Below are positions 1 through 7,388 of a stretch of DNA of 39,443 bases, in pieces (position 1 is the stretch's first letter; each line of letters begins with the position of its first letter). Made by a program: the position numbers and the translations under genes. The notes under the pieces were generated by a model. The model saw only the letters and a program-made list of their open reading frames with translations. It was not told the DNA's origin and searched no databases. The DNA is taken from IMG/VR virus record IMGVR_UViG_3300048851_000120, positions 1 to 39,443 of that record. One strand, 5' to 3'. This DNA comes from a virus (Duplodnaviria > Caudoviricetes).

Positions 1-127
1 GCGGCAGGGGGGGGCGATTCATCGTGGATAACGTCGGGCACCGGGACCGACCCCCGGCATTCGCACGGCCGATCCGGCGGGCATGGCTCGAAACGAGCAG
101 GGCAATCCGGGCCAGGGGTACAAACCA
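1..127. repeat. Terminal direct repeat, left copy (identical to 39317..39443); circularisation overlap
   Basis: gcggcagggggggg...ggggtacaaacca occurs at both ends, 127 bp. Confidence 0.97.
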
Positions 128-488
128 TGCGTGGCGGCTGGTCCGGCGCAGGGCCGATCATGGCCGCCGTCATCTCGCGCAGCCGGTTGGGCTTGTCCGC
201 CGCTGCGTCTAGCTCGGCGTCCCAGGCTGCCACCGCCTGCCGGTGCATCTCCTGCTGCCGCGCCTCGTCCCACCGCGCCGCGCCCGGCTCATCCTCCAGC
301 GTGCGCGACGGCGGCGCCATGTCCACCGTCCGGCCCGGCAACCCCGCCACCACGAACAGCGCCCGGATCACCTCCAGCACATCGCCGCGCGGCACCGTCA
401 GGCGGCTCCCCATCGTCGTGCCCTGCATGTGCACCGGGCCATCGCCGTCCGCCCAGATGTGCAGCCCACCAGCAATTTTGCTCGGCAT
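1..488 (-). CDS. Hypothetical protein, 5' part; continues across the circular junction to the stop at 39157 (about 215 aa in total)
   Basis: ATG at 488 (MPSKIAGGLHIWADGDGPVHM...) reads open to position 1 and is in frame with ...VPDVIHDESPPPAAADL of the 39157 ORF. Confidence 0.7.
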   Translation of the reverse strand, partial: MPSKIAGGLHIWADGDGPVHMQGTTMGSRLTVPRGDVLEVIRALFVVAGLPGRTVDMAPPSRTLEDEPGAARWDEARQQEMHRQAVAAWDAELDAAADKPNRLREMTAAMIGPAPDQPPRMVCTPGPDCPARFEPCPPDRPCECRGSVPVPDVIHDESPPPA

Positions 489-599
489 CTCAGCGCCTTT
501 CGGGGTCGGAGAAATTTTCGGGGAGAAGGTGTGTGGGGGGCCCGGCGGAGGGACGAGGCGCGCGTTTTTGCCCCCGGGGGGTCGCCTGCCAGCCTGGGC

Positions 600-1142
600 T
601 CATGACCCCCCCTGCCCCCCTGCCTCGGGTGCCTCCGCCCCACCCGCTCCCTCTGCAAGGGAGTGGGCTGGCTCGGAATGCCCTTCGATTACAGGGGCTT
701 GCAGGGCCTGTGCCTGTCGCTGTGCCAGCAGTGTGGCAAGACCCGGGTCCAGGTGCAGGTTCAGCACCACTCCGGGGCCTGGTGGGGCCTGTGGTCCCAT
801 GTCCAGGCCGCCTATCCGGGACTGGGCCATGGCTGCATCCAGGGCCACGCGCTCACTGCGGGCCTTCCGGCTCAGATGCCGTATCACCGCGTATGAGCCG
901 GCCGCGTCCACTGCTGCACACTCCCTGAGGCCTTCCATCAGGGCGTCGCGGACATCCTTGCGCTTCAGGGCGCGTGATGCGGACACGCGGGCCGTTTCGC
1001 CTTTCCCGTATCCTGCTGCGGTTCCGGCCTGCTCGCGGGTGAGTTCTCGGCCGCGCGAGGCTGCGTGGACGATCACCTCCACAAGGCGGCGCTCGCGCTC
1101 GGTCAGGCCTGCTGTGGCGTTTGCTACGGCGGAGTGGCTCAT
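600..1142 (-). CDS. terS: Terminase small subunit (putative)
   Basis: HTH-like N-terminus (LTERERRLVE...AGTAAGYG...SASRALKR) typical of TerS; upstream of terL on the circle; ATG at 1142 overlaps the upstream stop (ATGA). Confidence 0.7.
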   Translation of the reverse strand: MSHSAVANATAGLTERERRLVEVIVHAASRGRELTREQAGTAAGYGKGETARVSASRALKRKDVRDALMEGLRECAAVDAAGSYAVIRHLSRKARSERVALDAAMAQSRIGGLDMGPQAPPGPGVVLNLHLDPGLATLLAQRQAQALQAPVIEGHSEPAHSLAEGAGGAEAPEAGGQGGS

Positions 1143-1468
1143 GACCGGTGCGCTATCCAGAGCCTGGATGGGCGAAGCAAGGGATGGTTGGTGCCCTGGT
1201 ACCTGGCCTTCTCGCGGTGCTTCGAGCAGTACGAGCATCCCTGGGCGGTGGGGGCGTCGCAGAAGGCTGCTGGCTTGGGTGGCCTCTCACTGTGGGGCCA
1301 CATGGGCCACTGGCAGGTGCGGTGGCGGACGCCTGCGGGGGGCTGGTAGGCGGTGGATGGCGTGGGGGCCTTGGCGAGGCGCTTGGCCTCGGCTGCGGCA
1401 TCACGGGCGCGCTGGTTGCTGGTGGGAGTGCCGCCGGTGCGGAAGTGCCAGAAGTCGATGTGGCTCAT
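1139..1468 (-). CDS. GcrA-like protein (C-terminal Cys/His domain only)
   Basis: TCQWPMW...FCDAPT...SYCSKH resembles the GcrA C-terminal motif C(K/R)WP...FCG...YCxxH; no obvious N-terminal HTH. Confidence 0.65.
   Translation of the reverse strand: MSHIDFWHFRTGGTPTSNQRARDAAAEAKRLAKAPTPSTAYQPPAGVRHRTCQWPMWPHSERPPKPAAFCDAPTAQGCSYCSKHREKARYQGTNHPLLRPSRLWIAHRS
1152..1180 (-). promoter_or_regulatory. Putative late promoter 1 (terS/head operon)
   Basis: TTGCTT-17 bp-GATAGC containing CTCTGGATAG, shared with three other sites. Confidence 0.7.
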
Positions 1469-1626
1469 CGGGTGGGCCGCTCGTCTCTGCCCTGCCCCGC
1501 GCGAGGCGTCCAGAAGCCCGTTTGGGGTGTCAAGTTACAAACGGGCGTCGTTTGGCCGACACGCTGGGGATGCGCGGCGGTGCTGGGCATTCCCATGATT
1601 GAGACGGGCGAGGCGGTGCCGGTCAT
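1465..1626 (-). CDS. Small hypothetical protein
   Basis: 53-aa ORF (MTGTASPVS...) with ATGA overlaps to both neighbours; no recognisable motif. Confidence 0.3.
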   Translation of the reverse strand: MTGTASPVSIMGMPSTAAHPQRVGQTTPVCNLTPQTGFWTPRAGQGRDERPTR

Positions 1627-1916
1627 TGCGCGTTCAGGGTGTCCCGCGCGGTGACGGAGCCCTTGAACCGCACGGTGCGCATGGCGGGCTTGGTGGCGGT
1701 CTCGCCGGTCTGCGGGTTGCGGTAATCGCGCGCGGCGATGGTGCGGACGGAGAACACGCCAAATCCGGCGAGCTTCACCGGGCGGCCGGATTGCAGGCCG
1801 GCGGCGATGCCGTCGAGGGTGGCGGCGATGGCGCGCTTTGCGGCGATCTTGGTCATGCCGGTGCGCTGGGCGACGATGGCGGCGAGGTCGGGCTGTGTGA
1901 TGGCGGCGCGCTGCAT
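1623..1916 (-). CDS. HU/IHF-family DNA-binding protein
   Basis: VKLAGFGVFSVRTIAARDYRNPQTGE...VRFK is the HU signature; 97 aa. Confidence 0.92.
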   Translation of the reverse strand: MQRAAITQPDLAAIVAQRTGMTKIAAKRAIAATLDGIAAGLQSGRPVKLAGFGVFSVRTIAARDYRNPQTGETATKPAMRTVRFKGSVTARDTLNAQ

Positions 1917-1930
1917 GGCGGTGCTCCGGG

Positions 1931-2626
1931 TCAGGCTGCTTGCTGGAAGCGCTGGGGCTGCTGGCCGCGCTGCGGATAGGGCCGCGGCGAGCGAACCTCT
2001 GCGGTGGTGTCGGCGCCTTCGGCCTTCGCCCGGTCGATGATCCCGTACAGCGCGTCGACCAGCCACGGGCGCGGGTGGCTGTCCGGCTGGCTGACCTGGT
2101 GCAGGATCTCGGTGGCGTGCACCCAGCGCACGGTGGGGTTGCGGGCCTTGACGACAGTGCCCAGCCATTCGCGCCACCAGCGCTTGTCCTGATCATCCTC
2201 GGCGCCGCTGACCCACTCGGGCGCGAGTTCCTGCACCAGGTCGCCGTGGTGCTGCTGGATGTGCACCCAGCAGGCCGAGGGGCCATGCTGCCGAACGAGG
2301 CTGAGATAGGCGCGGGTCACGGTGCCATCGACAACCCGACGCTCGAAGCATGCGATCCAGGCGGATTCGGCGCTGAGGGCATTGGCGGCAGAGCCCTTGG
2401 GCGCAGGGATCAGCTGCCCTTCCAGGTTGATGACCGCCAGCAGCTCCGCGAGCTTCATCCGGTCGAGCATGTGGCGCTCCACGCGCTCGGCGAGCTCGGG
2501 CGTGAGCCAGTGGGCGGGGATGCTCTTGGCGACAGCACCGGCATAGGCCTGGAGGTGGGCGCGATTGCCCGGCAGGCGCGAGGCAATGAGGGAGGCGAGA
2601 TGGGCAAGCCAGTCCTTGGAGGTCAT
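1931..2626 (-). CDS. Hypothetical protein (possible helicase loader, lambda P position)
   Basis: 231-aa ORF directly downstream of the initiator; function inferred from position only. Confidence 0.6.
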   Translation of the reverse strand: MTSKDWLAHLASLIASRLPGNRAHLQAYAGAVAKSIPAHWLTPELAERVERHMLDRMKLAELLAVINLEGQLIPAPKGSAANALSAESAWIACFERRVVDGTVTRAYLSLVRQHGPSACWVHIQQHHGDLVQELAPEWVSGAEDDQDKRWWREWLGTVVKARNPTVRWVHATEILHQVSQPDSHPRPWLVDALYGIIDRAKAEGADTTAEVRSPRPYPQRGQQPQRFQQAA

Positions 2627-2634
2627 GGCGTTCC

Positions 2635-3423
2635 TCAGTGCAGCGGGAGTTCGGGGATGGGCTCGGCCGGGCGCGATTGGTCGCCGTCGCGCCAGCGCTC
2701 GTCGTTCAGCCAGGTCGCCGGGTACGGGATGAATTTGCCGTCTTCGCGCTCATCCCAGCGGGTGAGCAGCATCGGGGTCAGCAGCCGATCGGGGTCCCAT
2801 CCGGCCTGAGCCAGCTGGCGTTCGTAGGCCTTGCGGGCGGCACCCTTCCCGACCTTGCGGGGGTAGTTGTCCCACCAGATCGTCCAGTGTTCCTCGATCT
2901 GAGCCGCCGGCAGGCCCGCACGCCTCCTCGCCGGCTTGGCCGGTGAGGGAGCGAGCGAAGCGAGCGGTGAATCTTCTACTGGTGACTGTAGCTGTGAAGG
3001 TGACGCGGACGGGCGCGCGCCCGCGTGTGTATCCTTCTGGAATGCATTTGCATCTGCATGTGCATCTGGTTTGCATGCGCTTTGCTCGCTTCTTGCACCC
3101 CATCGTGCATCTGCTGCGGCCTTGCGCTTGCTGCTCAGGTCACCTGCCTTTGCACGCTCGACATCCATGCGCTTCTGATGCAGGCGGTTGTCGGCCTCCA
3201 GGGTGAAGAACTCGCGTACCGCCGGCCCAACGTCGCGATCCCACGCCTTGCGCTCGGTGCGGGCGATGCCAGCCAAGGCGCGGTCATCATTGGGGAGAGG
3301 ACCATTGCGCCAGTAGTGCATCAGCATCAGCAGGTATGCGCCGTGCTGCGGGCCATCCAAGTGCATGGTGTCGGCCAGATAGTCGCCGATGTAGAGCGGC
3401 ATCCATGCGTCGTTCTTGCTCAT
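2635..3423 (-). CDS. YdaU/DUF1376-family phage replication initiator
   Basis: N-terminal WMPLYIGDYLADTMHL...GAYLLMLMHYW; C-terminal W..YPRKVGK..A and FIPYPATWLNDERW motifs. Confidence 0.88.
   Translation of the reverse strand: MSKNDAWMPLYIGDYLADTMHLDGPQHGAYLLMLMHYWRNGPLPNDDRALAGIARTERKAWDRDVGPAVREFFTLEADNRLHQKRMDVERAKAGDLSSKRKAAADARWGARSEQSACKPDAHADANAFQKDTHAGARPSASPSQLQSPVEDSPLASLAPSPAKPARRRAGLPAAQIEEHWTIWWDNYPRKVGKGAARKAYERQLAQAGWDPDRLLTPMLLTRWDEREDGKFIPYPATWLNDERWRDGDQSRPAEPIPELPLH
3041..3117. repeat. Iteron-like TGCAT(C/T/G) repeats inside the initiator gene; probable origin
   Basis: aatgcatttgcatctgcatgtgcatctggtttgcatg...gtgcatctgc, a locally AT-richer stretch. Confidence 0.6.
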
Positions 3424-3917
3424 GCTGCCATCCTTCCGCCCGGCCGCGTCGTGGCGTAGCGCCAGAGGGCCAGGGCGTCGGCTGCGTTGTCGTCGGAAGG
3501 GGCCCAGCCCTGCGCATGGCACCAGGCCATGGCGGCTGCTTTGGCCTTCTCGGTGCCACCGAAGCGGGCGCGGCCTAGGACGGCCATGCGCCAGTCGTCA
3601 GGGCGCGCCTCGCGCACCTCAAGCTCACGGCGGTAGCACCAGGTCTCAACGGCGAAGGCGAGACCGAACTGGATTCGGGCGGTGTTCGCGCTGGTCTGCG
3701 ACTGCGGCGGCAGCGGCGCTTCCATGATGACGCGCTCGAAGTGCTGCACGTCGTGCAGGTCCATCAGCGCGTCAAAGAGAGCGGCGCCGATTGCGCCATG
3801 GCCGCTGATGCCCTTGGGGAGCACCAGCACGCCGTAGTCCGGTTCCCCGCCCGCGCGCCCGCAGGCCCACCCAACGCGGGTGGACAGGTCCAAGGCCAAC
3901 ACCAGCGGGGCGGGCAT
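3420..3917 (-). CDS. RuvC-like Holliday junction resolvase
   Basis: VLALDLSTRVGWA, VIMEAP and DDNAADALAL acidic catalytic motifs. Confidence 0.8.
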   Translation of the reverse strand: MPAPLVLALDLSTRVGWACGRAGGEPDYGVLVLPKGISGHGAIGAALFDALMDLHDVQHFERVIMEAPLPPQSQTSANTARIQFGLAFAVETWCYRRELEVREARPDDWRMAVLGRARFGGTEKAKAAAMAWCHAQGWAPSDDNAADALALWRYATTRPGGRMAA

Positions 3918-4462
3918 CAGTGCGACACCGGGCGGTCTTCGGGATTGCCCCGTGCCTTCTTGCGCCCGCGCGCCGGCTTCTCGCCATCAACTGCCATCTG
4001 CTGCGCCAGGAAGGCCTGACCGCGCGACCAGCCGTTGTACCAGGCCTGATGCAGCGGGGAGCCGAGGGCATAGGGCGCATTGTCGCCGGCGGCACCGGCC
4101 TTGCCGTCCTCATAGCCGCGCTGCTCGGCCTCGAACTCGTTGTGCTCGTCGGCGGCCTTCTGCTTCGGCATCTCGCCCGCGAACAGCGCGCCCTGAGTGC
4201 CGATCGGCATCTGCAGCCACGCCATGTACCGGGCGAGGTCGGCAAAGTCGGCGTCGCGGCGGTCCTTGTCGATCTTCGTCAGCGCGATGGCGGCCGACAG
4301 CTGCGCGGTGGCGATGCCGGCGGCCTTGGCGCGCTTCATGGCATTGCGCACCTGCGCCTGGGCCTCGGTCAGCACGGTGCGCGCACGGGACACCGCGCGG
4401 TAGTGCTCCAGGAAGGTTTCCGGGGTGAGGTTCGACTTCGGAGTCTCGAGTTTTTCAGCCAT
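3917..4462 (-). CDS. GapR/DUF2312-like protein with a C-terminal Rmf-like motif
   Basis: N-terminal ...VRNAMKRAKAAGIATAQLSAAIALTKID...LARYMAWL resembles GapR; C-terminal QRGYEDGKAG...PY...AWYNGWSRG resembles Rmf. Confidence 0.55.
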   Translation of the reverse strand: MAEKLETPKSNLTPETFLEHYRAVSRARTVLTEAQAQVRNAMKRAKAAGIATAQLSAAIALTKIDKDRRDADFADLARYMAWLQMPIGTQGALFAGEMPKQKAADEHNEFEAEQRGYEDGKAGAAGDNAPYALGSPLHQAWYNGWSRGQAFLAQQMAVDGEKPARGRKKARGNPEDRPVSH

Positions 4463-4471
4463 CAGTGCCTC

Positions 4472-4810
4472 TCAGGGTTGCGCATGGCCACGGCGCTTCA
4501 GCCGCTTGCCATTGCGATAGGGGGGCGGCTCGTGCCGGCGGGGCCTGGCGTTCGCGACGCGGCGGAGCGGCATGCCGACTTCCAGGACCGTGACGATGAT
4601 GCCGCTGTCCGGCTGGAGGACCACGCGCACCTCCTGGCCGCGGATCACCACCAGCCACATCTCCCGGCCGCAGGGCTGCCGGCGGAGCAGCAGCGCGCGA
4701 CGGGCCAGGATGTCGGCCTGCACGGCCAGCGTCTCCTCGCGCGTCGGCACGAACCCGATGCGCTCCAGACACCGATTCAGCGCGTGGGCGCAGAAGGGGT
4801 CGGTGGGCAT
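4472..4810 (-). CDS. Hypothetical protein, RelE/DUF4258-like fold
   Basis: HALNRCLER near the N-terminus and VRVVLQPDSGIIVTV later; TGATG coupling with the upstream gene. Confidence 0.55.
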   Translation of the reverse strand: MPTDPFCAHALNRCLERIGFVPTREETLAVQADILARRALLLRRQPCGREMWLVVIRGQEVRVVLQPDSGIIVTVLEVGMPLRRVANARPRRHEPPPYRNGKRLKRRGHAQP

Positions 4811-5250
4811 CAGCGGCGGCCGAAGGCAAAGCCGAGATTCAGCGAGCCCTGAGCCGGGCCGCGAGACGAACCAGCGCCGAGGCAAGCCTCTGCCCACCCG
4901 CGCAGGCCCCCAGCAGCAGCGCCGCCAGCATCTCGATGGGCTGAATCAGACTTTTGCTGGTTGGCAAGTGCGGCACGGGTCATCTCCAAGGCGTGGGCCT
5001 GGCGCAGCTCGCGCAGCGCGAGGTCGCGCTTCTGCGCGGCCAGGATGGTCTTGTGCTCGTGAGCGGCCACGAAGGTGACGCGGTTCCACCAGTAGGACTG
5101 CACGCGGCGCTCGCTCAGGCCGTAGCGGCGGGCCACGTCGGGAACGGCCTGCTTCAGGCCTCCGAGGGCCGCGCGGGAGGCGATGACGGCCTCACGCACG
5201 ATGGCCGTGGCTTCCTCGGCCACGGCTTCGGGACTGATCCGGGGAACCAT
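4810..5250 (-). CDS. CII-like HTH regulator (start uncertain, may extend towards 5304)
   Basis: HTH-like VPDVARRYGLSERRVQSYW; located downstream of cro. Confidence 0.6.
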   Translation of the reverse strand: MVPRISPEAVAEEATAIVREAVIASRAALGGLKQAVPDVARRYGLSERRVQSYWWNRVTFVAAHEHKTILAAQKRDLALRELRQAHALEMTRAALANQQKSDSAHRDAGGAAAGGLRGWAEACLGAGSSRGPAQGSLNLGFAFGRR

Positions 5251-5433
5251 GACGCGCAATCCTTTGCGGATGAATCGCCCCAGCACGCAGCGGAGGCAGG
5301 GCAAAAAGCCCCCCGCCAGCAGTGAGGAGGCGCAGGGTGGAAGGGATGGAGGCGATCATGCCGAGTGATCCGGCTGGCCGGGCTCGGCGGCATGCGGCAT
5401 CGTTCCGGGGTGTGAGTCCTGGAGGGATGACGG

Positions 5434-5859
5434 ATGAGGGTGTTCTTGCTGGGTGTCCCGCTGATCCTGGCGAGCCAGGCTCTGGCAGCCCAGCCGCACG
5501 ACAAGGACGGCAGCCGATGGCTGATCGATCAGACGGCTGTACAGGCTGTGGATCGCATGCGGCCTATAGCGTTGGCCTGCAGCTGCGAGGCCCGCTCGGC
5601 GCGATGGTGCGAGCTGGCAATCCAACGCATCCAAAGCGACGCCGACCGACGCGCCGCCGGCTACGCTTCGGACCCCGAACTCAAGGCTTACGCCTCTGCG
5701 GTCCTGCGTACGGCTGTTGGCGTGACGTACTCCAATGTGATCAGGGAGTTGGCCGAGACCTACGAAAGCTCCTGCGCGGAAAACAGAAGCTGGCGATCCG
5801 GTTTGAAAGCATGGGACGACGCCCTGCTGAACGGTACGCCTGCCCCAGGCGCGCCGTGA
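5434..5859 (+). CDS. Secreted/periplasmic hypothetical protein (moron)
   Basis: Signal peptide MRVFLLGVPLILASQALA-A, four Cys; antisense to the early operon. Confidence 0.65.
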   Translation: MRVFLLGVPLILASQALAAQPHDKDGSRWLIDQTAVQAVDRMRPIALACSCEARSARWCELAIQRIQSDADRRAAGYASDPELKAYASAVLRTAVGVTYSNVIRELAETYESSCAENRSWRSGLKAWDDALLNGTPAPGAP

Positions 5860-5861
5860 CA

Positions 5862-6095
5862 TCACGCCACCTGCTCAACAGCGGCGCGTCTGGCCCTTCG
5901 CGCGTTGGCCGCAGCGTAATGATCCGCTGCGGTCACCTCGCCATCGGTCAGTTCCTCGATCGTCGCGATGGCCGATGGACGCGGTATGGCGATACCGGCC
6001 GACCAGCGGGCCAGGGTGACGGGATGAGCACCGGTACCGGCCTCGATGACCACTCGGCGGGACCGATCTGCGGCAAGCCAATCGCGGAGAAGCAT
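5862..6095 (-). CDS. cro: Cro-like repressor
   Basis: 77-aa HTH protein, TLARW..G..IPRP..IATIEELTDGEVTAAD; divergent from cI. Confidence 0.8.
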   Translation of the reverse strand: MLLRDWLAADRSRRVVIEAGTGAHPVTLARWSAGIAIPRPSAIATIEELTDGEVTAADHYAAANARRARRAAVEQVA

Positions 6096-6101
6096 GGCCG
6101 A

Positions 6102-6153
6102 AGCCTACTAGCATCTATCGCTAGAAAGCAACCGCTATCGCATCCATCGCTAG
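6102..6153 (-). promoter_or_regulatory. OR operators (6105-6124, 6135-6153) and the cro promoter
   Basis: GCATC(T/C)ATCGCTAG repeats; TTGCTT-18 bp-TAGGCT on the minus strand, ending 6 nt before the cro ATG. Confidence 0.75.
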
Positions 6154-6182
6154 TGAGGCGGTCGGCTACCTATAAGTGTCCG

Positions 6183-6214
6183 CAGACGCGTAGACGCCTA
6201 GTCGCCTAGTCGCC
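6183..6214. repeat. Four degenerate tandem 8-mers upstream of cI
   Basis: cagacgcg tagacgcc tagtcgcc tagtcgcc. Confidence 0.6.
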
Positions 6215-6266
6215 TGTGCAACGCGCTGCAAACTGAGTTCCTACTAAGGACGAACAGGGCACCCTG

Positions 6267-6671
6267 ATGCCGAAGACGCCGCCCCTTACGCCCGCAGCCA
6301 GCCGCCTGAAAGAGCTGCAGGCCCGGCGGCTGAAGGCGATTCGTGAGCTGCTTGAGCCGTTCCAGAAGGACGCCGCAGAGGCTGCTGGCGTCTCTGAGCA
6401 CTCTTGGGGCCGCTACGAAAGCGGACAGTCCGAAATCAATCCGCTGGCTCTGGCCTTCTTCGTGAAGAAGTACCCCGATGCCACCGCCGACTGGGTGCTG
6501 ACGGGCGACATGCGAGGCCTGAGCAACGAAGTCATAGATCGCCTCTACCAGGGCTACCCGCACGTCGTCGCAGCCTCGCGAGACGACAGCGTGGCGCTTT
6601 CACTCCTGCCCGCGCGGCCTTCTCGCAGCCGGCGAGCATCGCGCACGTCATACAAGGAAGTGGTGGAGTAA
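6267..6671 (+). CDS. cI: CI-like XRE repressor without an S24 peptidase domain
   Basis: RLKAIRE...QKDAAEAAGVSEHSWGRYESG...DWVLTG is an XRE HTH; only 134 aa. Confidence 0.88.
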   Translation: MPKTPPLTPAASRLKELQARRLKAIRELLEPFQKDAAEAAGVSEHSWGRYESGQSEINPLALAFFVKKYPDATADWVLTGDMRGLSNEVIDRLYQGYPHVVAASRDDSVALSLLPARPSRSRRASRTSYKEVVE

Positions 6672-6909
6672 AGGGCATAACGGGCGGCGCCGCAGGCTGC
6701 GGCATGCGCATGTAATAACGCGCGAGCTGCTCCCGAATAAGCTCCTGCGTCAGCCCCTCCAGCCCGCTCCCAGGCGCGGCCACTACTCGCATCCCTGAGC
6801 AGTCACGCCCCTCATCCACGTCAGGAGCGAGAGCCGCCGTGCCCTTCACCTCCAGCAGCATTACCGCGCCGCCAGGTCCGTACACTACAAGATCGGCGCG
6901 CTGTCGCAT
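6532..6909 (-). CDS. LexA-boxed hypothetical protein, candidate antirepressor
   Basis: ATG at 6909 just downstream of a LexA box; contains ADLVVY...LLEVK (PD-(D/E)xK-like); converges on and overlaps the cI 3' end. Confidence 0.5.
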   Translation of the reverse strand: MRQRADLVVYGPGGAVMLLEVKGTAALAPDVDEGRDCSGMRVVAAPGSGLEGLTQELIREQLARYYMRMPQPAAPPVMPFTPPLPCMTCAMLAGCEKAARAGVKAPRCRLARLRRRAGSPGRGDL

Positions 6910-6929
6910 TGCTTGAGACGACCCCCAAT

Positions 6930-6944
6930 GTTCACGGTAAGTTC
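6930..6944. promoter_or_regulatory. Alphaproteobacterial LexA (SOS) box
   Basis: GTTC-acggtaa-GTTC matches the GTTC-N7-GTTC consensus exactly. Confidence 0.72.
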
Positions 6945-7046
6945 TCGTATGCCATGGCGCTAACGCCGATGCACGCCGGAATATATCGTCTGGTGGATCG
7001 CTTTCCGGGATAAGCAACCCGTGAGTTAGGCATGCCTCACGGCCGC

Positions 7047-7104
7047 CTATCGCATCTATCGCTAGCAAATGTGCTTGCTGAATAGCGATAGATGCTAGTA
7101 GTGT
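7047..7104 (+). promoter_or_regulatory. OL operators (7047-7065, 7083-7101) and the PL-like promoter
   Basis: ctatcgcatctatcgctag plus tagcgatagatgctagtag, the exact reverse complement of 6105-6123; TTGCTG-18 bp-TAGTGT. Confidence 0.75.
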
Positions 7105-7136
7105 CGCTCTGCGCCCTCACGGCGATGGAGAGAGCG

Positions 7137-7388
7137 ATGCCCCTTCCAGATACGATCACAGCTGCGAACGATCCGGGCCGACCGCTGAGCCGGGCGGAGG
7201 TCGCGGAGAACGCCACCCGCCCGCTGCGGAAGCGCGCCGATCAGGCCAGCACCGACCTCGACAATGCCTTCGAGCATGTCGAGACGTGCATGGGCGAGGC
7301 CCTGGCCCAGGGCGACAAGCCGCGCTGCGACATCCTGTTGCTCCGCATGCAGCTGGCCACCGCCATCCTGAATGGGAGGGCGCAGTGA
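7137..7388 (+). CDS. Hypothetical protein
   Basis: First ORF after PL, with a GGAGAG RBS; coupled to the next gene. Confidence 0.65.
   Translation: MPLPDTITAANDPGRPLSRAEVAENATRPLRKRADQASTDLDNAFEHVETCMGEALAQGDKPRCDILLLRMQLATAILNGRAQ

Noticed and set aside
5356-5865. Minus-strand 169-aa ORF following cro
   Set aside because: It is an in-register antisense shadow of the signal-peptide gene 5434..5859 with no protein-like features; it may at most bridge translation.
6237-6251. Second LexA box upstream of cI (GTTC-N7-GGAC)
   Set aside because: Two mismatches in one half-site; too weak to call.
6532-7068. Full 178-aa ORF as a restriction-type nuclease
   Set aside because: The upstream start overlaps the OL operators and would put the LexA box inside the gene; the PD-(D/E)xK-like stretch is too short to assign nuclease function.
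6105-7101. Short repeats as a mini-CRISPR array
   Set aside because: The copies are 14-19 bp, in mixed orientation and overlap promoters, with no regular spacers or cas genes; they fit operators.
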